The notes under the pieces were generated by a model. That model searched no databases. It saw only the letters and a list, made by a program, of their open reading frames with translations, and was not told the origin of the DNA. A program made the position numbers and the translations under genes. DNA of 64,000 bases from Candidatus Hydrogenedentota bacterium. Its GTDB lineage: Bacteria > Hydrogenedentota > Hydrogenedentia > Hydrogenedentales > JAEUWI01. This document shows positions 39,980 to 47,848 of this stretch, in pieces; positions within the stretch are counted from its first letter, which is position 1, and the number at the start of each line of letters is the position of its first letter. The DNA is taken from NCBI GenBank assembly GCA_034669905.1, contig JAXMOL010000004.1:141277-205276 (forward strand). The letters are read 5' to 3'.

Positions 39980-41344
39980 ATGAGCGAGCATTATAAGACC
40001 CTTATCGTGGGCGGTGGTATCACCGGGTGTTGTGCGGCCTATTACGCCATGAAGCAGGAAGGGGCCGAACACATCCGGCTTCTGGAAGGCGGTGACACCC
40101 TGGGTGGCACAGCTCAGACGGAATACATGGACGGCATCACCTGTGAGAAGGGGCCCAATGGTTTTCTCGACAAGGAGCCAAAAACCCTCCAGTGGGTCGA
40201 GGACCTCGGCTTGGGCGAGCGCCTCGTCCGTGCCAACCCCCTGGCAGCACGGCGCTTCATCTTTCGCAGTGGCACCCTCCACGAACTAAAACCGCCTCCC
40301 GCATTTCTCTTTGGTGGGCCTCTTTCCCTTCAGGGACGATTACGGCTGTGTGCCGAGCCCCTCATCCCGCAACGGGTCTCCCCGGAAGAGGAGAGCATCT
40401 GGGACTTTGCCGCACGTCGTATCGGGGCCGAAGCAGCGGACACCCTCGTAGCGCCGATGGTGAGCGGTATCTACGGCGGCGATGCCCGGCAACTTGACCT
40501 GGCGTCTTGCTTCCCCAAGATGGCCGCCATGGAAGCCGAGCATGGGGGGCTCCTTAAAGCCATGCGCGCCAAGGCCAAAGACAAGTCGGCCGGAAAAGGC
40601 ACCGCCATGGGCCCCGGCGGTACCCTGACCAGCTTCGAGGGCGGGATGGCCACCCTCATGACGCGGGCGGGAGAGGTCTTGGGGGATTCGGTACGCCTGA
40701 ATACTGCCGTTACCCAAATCTCCAAAGATGACTCGGGCTACCGCATCAATACCGCAGACGGAACGGCCTTCACAGCGGACCGGGTCATCGTGGCGGCGCC
40801 CACCCACGCAGCCTGTGGGATGGTACGGGATCTCGATAGCACCCTGGCATCGGCGCTGGAAGCTATCCCCTATACCAGCATGGCGGTCGTTTGCACGGCC
40901 TACAACCGAGCCGATGTGGGCCATGATCTCAATGGCTTCGGCTTCCTCGTGCCCCGTACCCAGAACAAACGAATACTGGGCTGTATCTGGACGTCAACCC
41001 TCTTTCCGGGCCGTGCGCCTGAACGGCAGGTGCTGCTCCGCACGATGATAGGAGGGGCGACGGACCCCGGTGCGGTTGACGCCTCCGACGAGAATTTGCT
41101 GCAGACCTTACGGGACGAGTTGTTCCCCATTTTGGACATCAAGGCCGAACCGGTCATGCACCGGGTTTACCGTTGGGGGAAGGCCATCCCCCAATACACC
41201 TTCGGCCACCAGGACCGTGTCGCCGCCGTGGAAGCGGGGGAGAAGCGCAACCCCGGACTTCACTTTGCGGGCAACGCCTATCGCGGCGTCGGGTTGAACG
41301 ATTGCGTGGTTTCCGCGCTACGTGCCGTGGAATCGACGTGCTGA
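39980..41344 (+). CDS. hemY: HemY-type protoporphyrinogen/coproporphyrinogen oxidase
   Basis: GGGITG FAD motif, EKGPNGF, SGIYGGD, GFGFLVP, AIPQY, GVGLNDCV. Confidence 0.92.
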   Translation: MSEHYKTLIVGGGITGCCAAYYAMKQEGAEHIRLLEGGDTLGGTAQTEYMDGITCEKGPNGFLDKEPKTLQWVEDLGLGERLVRANPLAARRFIFRSGTLHELKPPPAFLFGGPLSLQGRLRLCAEPLIPQRVSPEEESIWDFAARRIGAEAADTLVAPMVSGIYGGDARQLDLASCFPKMAAMEAEHGGLLKAMRAKAKDKSAGKGTAMGPGGTLTSFEGGMATLMTRAGEVLGDSVRLNTAVTQISKDDSGYRINTADGTAFTADRVIVAAPTHAACGMVRDLDSTLASALEAIPYTSMAVVCTAYNRADVGHDLNGFGFLVPRTQNKRILGCIWTSTLFPGRAPERQVLLRTMIGGATDPGAVDASDENLLQTLRDELFPILDIKAEPVMHRVYRWGKAIPQYTFGHQDRVAAVEAGEKRNPGLHFAGNAYRGVGLNDCVVSALRAVESTC

Positions 41345-41366
41345 TGACGCAGGCTTCCCGGTAGTT

Positions 41367-41430
41367 TTGTGGACTTGATGAACGAAGTGGACAATGCTCA
41401 CCGGTCCACCAACGTCCACGTCGTCCACAA
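41367..41430 (+). repeat. periodic inverted repeat, (GTGGAC-like)x3 / (GTCCAC)x3
   Basis: GTGGAC 41369, ATGAAC 41378, GTGGAC 41387; GTCCAC 41404, 41414, 41423. Confidence 0.8.
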
Positions 41431-41529
41431 GGCCCACCGTTTCTCGCTGCCACGGCCTCGCTTGACACGGCAAGGTGTCATCCTGTTTTATGGGAGTTTC
41501 CCATGGAGCCCAAGAACAGGACATTCCCC

Positions 41530-43002
41530 ATGACGTCACGACGAGATTTTCTAAAACAGGCCACCTTGACGGGACTCGCGGCAGCGCTCACGCCCTTAAC
41601 CGCGCCGGCGCAAACAGCCCGCCCCAATCTCCTCTTTATTCTTGCCGATGATCTGGGCTGGAAGGACCTGGGCTGTTATGGCTCAACCTTCTACGAGACC
41701 CCGAACCTCGACCGCCTTGCCGCCACGGGCATGCGTTTTACCGATGCCTACGCCGCCTGTCCCGTATGCAGCCCCACCCGGGCGAGTATTTTGAGCGGGA
41801 AATACCCTGCCCGTATGGCCACCACGGATTGGTTTGGCGCCCCCCAACCCGACACGGCGAAGAATCACAAGGGCACGCGCTTCAAACCCCTCTTGCCGGC
41901 ACCTTATACCCCGGAACTTCCGTTGGAAGAGATTAGTCTCGCCGAGGCCGTGAAGGCACAGGGCTACCACACCTTCTTCGCGGGCAAGTGGCATCTGGGC
42001 CACGAGGCCTTCCATCCCGAGCACCAGGGCTTTGATGTGAACAAGGGCGGTCACCACAAGGGTAGCCCCCATCCGGGGGGCTATTTCGCGCCCTATGGCA
42101 ACCCGAAGCTTTCCGACGGCCCGGAGGGCGAACATCTGCCCGAACGACTCGCTCGGGAAACCAACGCCTTTATCGATAGCCACAAGGAAGACAACTTCCT
42201 CGCTTACCTATCCTTCTATTCTGTCCACACGCCGCTCCAGGGCAGAGAAGACCTCGTCGAGAAGTACAAGAAGAAGAAAGCAGCCCTGGGCGATCTCGAG
42301 CCCATCTGGGGCGAAGAAGGAGAACGGAAACTGCGGCTGGTGCAAGAGCACGCGGTCTACGCAGCCATGGTAGAAGCCATGGATGCTGCCATCGGCACCG
42401 TGCTGGACCACCTCGAAGCAACCGGACTCGCGGAGAACACCGTCGTCGTCTTCATGTCGGACAACGGTGGCTTATCGACGTCTGAAGGACACCCCACCTC
42501 CAACCTGCCCCTGCGGGCGGGTAAGGGCTGGCTCTATGAAGGGGGCATTCGAGAGCCTATGCTCATTCGCGCGCCCGGCGTAACGGCACCGGGGAGCGTG
42601 TGTTCCGAGCCAGTCACCAGTACGGATTTTTATCCCACGCTGTTGGATTTGGCGAGACTGCCCCAACTTCCGGAGCAGCATGTCGATGGAACCAGTCTGG
42701 TGCCCCTGCTGAAAGGCGAAGCCGCTTTGGAGCGAGATGCGATTTATTGGCACTACCCCCACTATGGCAATCAGGGGGGAACACCCGGTGCGGCGATTCG
42801 TGAGGGCGACTGGAAGCTCATTGAGTATTTCGAAGACAAGCCCCGGGAACTCTTCAATCTCGCGCGCGATATGGGGGAAACGAAGAACCTGATCGACAGC
42901 CACCCGGATATAGCCCAGCGTCTGCAAGACAAGCTCGACCGCTGGCAGAAGGACGTGGGAGCCCGTTTTCCCACGCCCAACCCAAACGCAAAGACGAGCT
43001 GA
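41530..43002 (+). CDS. Tat-exported arylsulfatase (Cys-type formylglycine sulfatase)
   Basis: SRRDFLK Tat motif, ADDLG, CSPTR, GKWHLG, SDNGG, LYEGGIR. Confidence 0.95.
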   Translation: MTSRRDFLKQATLTGLAAALTPLTAPAQTARPNLLFILADDLGWKDLGCYGSTFYETPNLDRLAATGMRFTDAYAACPVCSPTRASILSGKYPARMATTDWFGAPQPDTAKNHKGTRFKPLLPAPYTPELPLEEISLAEAVKAQGYHTFFAGKWHLGHEAFHPEHQGFDVNKGGHHKGSPHPGGYFAPYGNPKLSDGPEGEHLPERLARETNAFIDSHKEDNFLAYLSFYSVHTPLQGREDLVEKYKKKKAALGDLEPIWGEEGERKLRLVQEHAVYAAMVEAMDAAIGTVLDHLEATGLAENTVVVFMSDNGGLSTSEGHPTSNLPLRAGKGWLYEGGIREPMLIRAPGVTAPGSVCSEPVTSTDFYPTLLDLARLPQLPEQHVDGTSLVPLLKGEAALERDAIYWHYPHYGNQGGTPGAAIREGDWKLIEYFEDKPRELFNLARDMGETKNLIDSHPDIAQRLQDKLDRWQKDVGARFPTPNPNAKTS

Positions 43003-43007
43003 GACAA

Positions 43008-43268
43008 TCAGGGTTTGACCCAGATTCCACGTAGACGAGGGCTCCCATTGCAAGCTTTACGCAGTGAGTGCGGGTGCCACTTTCAAGCGGAGGAGCAACG
43101 CGGGGGAAGCTTGTGGCTGTCCCGTCGTTGGCGAAGCAAGCATTGGTCTAACCGCGCAATCGACGGGACCGTCACGGCCGCGCACGCAGCCTTTGCAACG
43201 CCAACCTCAGCCGTCGTCCGACGCTTTCACCCCGGCGGCGCAGCTATCTGGGCCGAAACAGTCCCTGA
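43008..43268. repeat. MITE/REP-like element with imperfect terminal inverted repeats and internal hairpin
   Basis: Ends TCAGGGTTTGACCCAGAT / ATCTGGGCCGAAACAGTCCCTGA; hairpin GTGGCTGTCCCGTCG...CGACGGGACCGTCAC (43113-43175); homologous to 62528-62689. Confidence 0.65.
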
Positions 43269-43292
43269 GCCAATCCCTGGTATTGGCACACC

Positions 43293-44081
43293 CTATTTCC
43301 CCTCGAACACAAAGGCCTTGTCGTCAAGGGGACGAATCCAGATATTCCGGAAGCGCACCGGGTGGTCGTGATCCTGGAGCTGCATAGGGCCGCATCCCGT
43401 CTTTAGCAGGCTTTCCCGAATACGTTCCGCGTAGGGCGTCGTACGGAAGTGGAGGGGCGTATAGATGGACTGATGCTCCAGGAACGGGGTGTTGTGCTGG
43501 ACCAGCACGCCGTTGAGCAGCACGGTAATGCTACCGGGCTTCACGGGTTTTCCCGCTTCATCCCGCCGGGGTGCAGTGAATATCACATCGTAGTTTTGCC
43601 ACACATCCACGTCCCGGGTCGCATCCACCAGGGGCGCGCTGAATTTGTAGAGGGACCCCGTACTGTCCATGGGGGCCATTGGGTTGTTGAAGCTATCGAT
43701 AATCTGCAGTTCAAAGAGTCCATGCAGATAGAGGCCACTATTGGCCGCAGAAACACCTTCCACGGCGCTCCGGGGAAAGCTGAATTCCACATGGATCTGG
43801 GCATCGCGGAAGTGAAGGCGGGTCCAGAGTCCTTGCTGCCGTTCTTGTTGGCCGGGCTTGACGATAATGGCGCCCTCGTCGAGCGCCCAATTGAATGGCC
43901 CCCCGTTGGGCCCTGCCAGCATGTCGGTGTTGGTGCCGTCAAAGATGACGATGGCGTCATCGGGCACGCCGGACGAAGTGTCTACCTTTTTCAGGGCTTC
44001 TTCCGCCCACAGATGGCCTCCGCTCCCCAACGTCAGCAGTATGACGCTTGAGATGACCGCAGGTTTCAGGTACCAGAACAT
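43293..44081 (-). CDS. DUF1080 (3-keto-disaccharide hydrolase-like) secreted protein
   Basis: PDDAIVIFDG, FRDAQIHVEF, NSGLYL..LFELQIIDS, WQNYDV, LQDHDHPVRFRNIWIRPL. Confidence 0.9.
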   Translation of the reverse strand: MFWYLKPAVISSVILLTLGSGGHLWAEEALKKVDTSSGVPDDAIVIFDGTNTDMLAGPNGGPFNWALDEGAIIVKPGQQERQQGLWTRLHFRDAQIHVEFSFPRSAVEGVSAANSGLYLHGLFELQIIDSFNNPMAPMDSTGSLYKFSAPLVDATRDVDVWQNYDVIFTAPRRDEAGKPVKPGSITVLLNGVLVQHNTPFLEHQSIYTPLHFRTTPYAERIRESLLKTGCGPMQLQDHDHPVRFRNIWIRPLDDKAFVFEGK

Positions 44082-44117
44082 AAGCTACTCCTTTTTTCAG
44101 CAGAAAACGAAAACCAC

Positions 44118-45551
44118 TCAGCGAGCAAGGCAACGCTCCATCCGGGCTATCAAGTCGTTCACTTCCTCTTTGTTCTTGATACCACCGAGGGTGTTGCGCT
44201 TACGCCCGTTGCCATGTAAGCGAATGGTGTAGTAGGGCACATCGCCGGATTGCATCGTGATATGCCCATCGATACGCTGAATCGAGGACAGGGGCATGGT
44301 GACATCGCTTCCGAGCCCGAGGGCCTTCTTTTCGACGCGGACGGTGTCCCCCCGGAAGGAGACCCGCACCATACCAAAGCAGAGCCAGAATGCGGCGGAC
44401 AGGAGGAGCACATCAAAAAGCCCAAAGAAAATCGGCAAGAGCAGGGGAACTTCACCGCTATACAGCATGCCGACGATGATAGCGGTCCAGATGACCGAAA
44501 AGAGGGTCACGCTGAAGGTCATACTCAGATTGCGCCGGGGTGGGGCATAGAATTCCAATCCGTCAACCTTTTCCTCCACAAGAATGGAAGGATGATAGGG
44601 AGCCTTCGTGGTTTTCAGGCCCTCCGTTTCTGCTTCACTCGGGATAGCTTCTGAGCTTTCCTCCGTCACAAAAAGCGGCACAAGAAAGGCCGCCGAAAAG
44701 TCGATTCCCGGCATGGCTGCCTTGGCAGTGAGCTCCCACTCGATGCGGTTTTCGGGCGCGCCTGGCGTCGTGGGCTTGGCATCAATAGGAACATGTACGC
44801 GAAAGGGGATGGCGACGTTGCCGTCGGCCTCTCGTGCGAGATACTCAGGCGTAATCACCAGGGTTTCCTGCCATTGTATGTTTCGGTGGGTTGAGCGGTT
44901 CTTTCCCGAACCCGAGACGTAGTGATGGTAGCAGGTGAGTTGGGTTTCGACCCCTTCCGCCGGAATTTCTTTGAGCCGTGCCCATATGATCGCCCGAAAC
45001 CAACCGCCGACGACCCCCGGGTTGGTCACGAGATCACAATGACTTTGACCATATTTCAACCAACGCATGGTCACATAAATGGCGGCGCCCATCATCCAGA
45101 AGCCGGCAAAGGGAAAGAGTAGCACCGTATAGCCAATGGGCCCTTTGCGGGTGATCTCTTCAATATTGAAAAGTAGAATCAATCCTACACCACTAAATAT
45201 AACCCCAAACATCCAGTAGATGAACATCTCCGCGGGCTTGGAGGATTTGACGCGGCCGGCAGTCCAGTCGGCACGCCAACGCCAGGGCGCATCGGGCGCG
45301 AGGGCTTTCAAACGCTCGGTTTCCCGCTCCATGCGGCGGGCGATCAAGATACCGGCCAGCATACCGCCCCCGACCAGCGTAAAGACCGTCCCCACGCCCA
45401 GCATGGCGATAACTTCCTCGGTGAATCGTGGGTCCTTGTAGAGTACAAAAAGCCCGTTTCCCAGGGCGATCAGCCCCCCCAGCAGAAAAGGGGTAATAAA
45501 AAGAATTGCGCACCCCATTGAAGCCACATTCTTGGCGGATTTTGATGGCAT
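44118..45551 (-). CDS. hypothetical multi-pass membrane protein
   Basis: Three pairs of TM helices separated by soluble domains (PW.WR.DW; WELTAKAAMPGIDFSAAFLVP); GGAG RBS. Confidence 0.7.
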   Translation of the reverse strand: MPSKSAKNVASMGCAILFITPFLLGGLIALGNGLFVLYKDPRFTEEVIAMLGVGTVFTLVGGGMLAGILIARRMERETERLKALAPDAPWRWRADWTAGRVKSSKPAEMFIYWMFGVIFSGVGLILLFNIEEITRKGPIGYTVLLFPFAGFWMMGAAIYVTMRWLKYGQSHCDLVTNPGVVGGWFRAIIWARLKEIPAEGVETQLTCYHHYVSGSGKNRSTHRNIQWQETLVITPEYLAREADGNVAIPFRVHVPIDAKPTTPGAPENRIEWELTAKAAMPGIDFSAAFLVPLFVTEESSEAIPSEAETEGLKTTKAPYHPSILVEEKVDGLEFYAPPRRNLSMTFSVTLFSVIWTAIIVGMLYSGEVPLLLPIFFGLFDVLLLSAAFWLCFGMVRVSFRGDTVRVEKKALGLGSDVTMPLSSIQRIDGHITMQSGDVPYYTIRLHGNGRKRNTLGGIKNKEEVNDLIARMERCLAR

Positions 45552-45766
45552 GATGTCTCCCGATTGCTTGCTACCATCCCTGATTTACCCCACGGAAGCA
45601 CACCAATGCAAACCATTAAGCCAGGGCTTACCTGATTCTACTCGCAACACATGGAAAATATTCACCTGAATCCAGGTCAGCCCCTGCTGCACTCCGGAGC
45701 GTACTCTGTGTCTACACTCCGGAGTACCACACCGCCTCCCGGCTACGTTGCACCCGCGTACTACCT

Positions 45767-45795
45767 AAAACGGGCGCTGCTCGTGGCAGCGCCCG
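45767..45795 (-). terminator. Rho-independent terminator of sulP
   Basis: CGGGCGCTGC/GCAGCGCCCG 10-bp stem followed by TTTT on the minus strand. Confidence 0.7.
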
Positions 45796-45809
45796 GTATG
45801 GAAACAATG

Positions 45810-47516
45810 CTATTTGGCCAACTCGTCGATGGCCACATGGTAATTCGGGTCTTCCTGGACGTCAATCTCGATGATATCGTCCGCCTTTTTCAGGAGGGCC
45901 TGACATTCCTTACTCAGATGCTTGAGCTTGATGCTCTTACCCAGGCTCCGGTACTTTTCACTCAGGTTGTTGACCGCTTCAAGCGCCGAGTGATCATAGA
46001 CGCGGCAGTTGATGAATTCGATGACAACCTTGTCCGGGTCTTCATTCGGCGTGAAGATATTACGGAAGCTGGTTACCGCACCGAAAAACAAGGAGCCGTT
46101 CAGTTCATAGGTCTTCACCCCGTCTTTTTCATAGGTCTTGGCATAAATAAGCTGCGACTTCTTCCAGGCGAAAACCAAGGCGGATATGATCACACCTGCA
46201 ATTACCGCAATCGCCAGGTCAAAAATCACGGTCAACGCCGATACGGCGACGATCACGAAGAAGTCCATTTTCGGAATCTTGTTCCAGAGACGGAGGCTGG
46301 TCCATTCGAAGGTCGCAATCACGACAATGAACATGACGCCGATCAAGGCGGCCACCGGAATCTTCCCAATCCCCGCCCAGAGAGGGGGAAAGAGGATGAA
46401 GCACAGCAGGAAGAGGGCGGCAGAAATCCCGGAGATGCGGGTCCGCCCGCCGGAACGGATGTTGATCATGGACTGCCCGATCATGGCACAGCCGCCCATG
46501 CTTCCAAAAAGCCCCGCCACGACATTCGCCAGGCCCTGCCCCACGCACTCACGGTTACCGTGACCGCGGGTTTCGGTAATGTCATCGATCAGGGTCAAGG
46601 TCATGAGGGATTCAATCAGTCCGATGGCCGCCAGGGTGATGGCCAGACCGAAGACGATCAAAAACGATTCGAAGGTAAGGGGAATGGTCGGAATCTTGAA
46701 CACACCAGCCTTGCGCGTACTGGGGATCTCTTCCGGCGTTTCGACCGGCATGGCCGCCACTTCGTGGGCCTTTTCGGTCAATTCCGAATAGAGAAGGTTC
46801 GGCTTCATGGCCTCGAACTTCTCGGTTTTCTGTTTCTTCTCCAGCGCCACCTGTTTCTGCGTCGTCACGAAGTCATTCACGGTCGCGGATTCCAGCGGCG
46901 TGAACTGCACGAGCAAGGTGACCACAATGATGGCCGCCAAGGTTCCCGGGATGGCGTTGGTAAGTTTCGGCAGAAAGTGGATAATCAGCATCGTCAGCGC
47001 GATGAGTCCGACCGCCGTTAAGAGGGCCGTCCCACTGAGCCAGTCCCCAACGATGACGAAGTGGCCGACATGCTCGTTGAACTGAACCGTCATGTTTTCT
47101 TTCAACTGTCCAAACTGCGCCTTACCAATCACGATGGCAAGTCCGTTCACAAAGCCCAACATGACGGGGTGGGGGAGGAGCCGGATAAACTTACCGAGCT
47201 TGAAAAAGCCACAGGCAATCTGTATCACGCCACACATAATGACCGCGGCAAAGAGGTACTCCAGGCCGTAGAGCACAACGAACGCGGTCATCACGACGGC
47301 CATGGCCCCGGTGGCACCGGAAATCATGCCGGGACGGCCACCGACGATGGAAGTGATGAAACCTACAAAGAAGGCAGCCCAGAGACCCACCGTGGGATCT
47401 ACACCTGCGACAAAGGCGAAGGCAACGGCTTCGGGCACGAGGGCCAATGCAACCGTCAGGCCCGAGAGTAACTCGTCCTTGAAGTTAATTTGTTTTCTAA
47501 CAATGAGATCGATCAT
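45810..47516 (-). CDS. SulP/SLC26 family anion transporter with STAS domain
   Basis: LSGLTVALALVPEAVAFA, GGRPGMISGATG, GCAMIGQS, STAS (GSLFFG...DHSALEA). Confidence 0.95.
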   Translation of the reverse strand: MIDLIVRKQINFKDELLSGLTVALALVPEAVAFAFVAGVDPTVGLWAAFFVGFITSIVGGRPGMISGATGAMAVVMTAFVVLYGLEYLFAAVIMCGVIQIACGFFKLGKFIRLLPHPVMLGFVNGLAIVIGKAQFGQLKENMTVQFNEHVGHFVIVGDWLSGTALLTAVGLIALTMLIIHFLPKLTNAIPGTLAAIIVVTLLVQFTPLESATVNDFVTTQKQVALEKKQKTEKFEAMKPNLLYSELTEKAHEVAAMPVETPEEIPSTRKAGVFKIPTIPLTFESFLIVFGLAITLAAIGLIESLMTLTLIDDITETRGHGNRECVGQGLANVVAGLFGSMGGCAMIGQSMINIRSGGRTRISGISAALFLLCFILFPPLWAGIGKIPVAALIGVMFIVVIATFEWTSLRLWNKIPKMDFFVIVAVSALTVIFDLAIAVIAGVIISALVFAWKKSQLIYAKTYEKDGVKTYELNGSLFFGAVTSFRNIFTPNEDPDKVVIEFINCRVYDHSALEAVNNLSEKYRSLGKSIKLKHLSKECQALLKKADDIIEIDVQEDPNYHVAIDELAK

Positions 47517-47848
47517 TCAACTACCTTGGGTTAATGCTGCGGGTCGTAAGAACTGGGTTCGCCGGCACGGCATAGCCATACCGCATGTGTACACTGGGCC
47601 CCAACTCCCAGAAGTTACGTAAAGGATTCGAGATGCTTTGCCCCGGGACCCTTCAAAAAAACGAAGGGCGGACAGGTCAAAGCGAAGCGGTGATACCAAC
47701 GGGATCACCCGGGTGTTTCGTTCGAGTGCACCCTGCCCCACGCAAGGCAACTCGTTGAAAACGGGGAATCGCGCGGCTATTCCAAGTGCGGGGCACCCGG
47801 AAATCTTGCCACCCGATTGTCAGAAAAACGCGGTGTTTCGGTTATGCT

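Noticed and set aside
43015..43387. ORFs of 118 and 107 aa across the 43-kb intergenic element
   Set aside because: No RBS or motifs, and both overlap the DUF1080 gene end; region is better explained as a repeat element
36968..44081. Gfo/Idh/MocA + sulfatase + DUF1080 as a 3-keto-glycoside degradation cluster
   Set aside because: Genes are on different strands and separated by hemN/hemY; these families are often highly paralogous, so proximity is weak evidence
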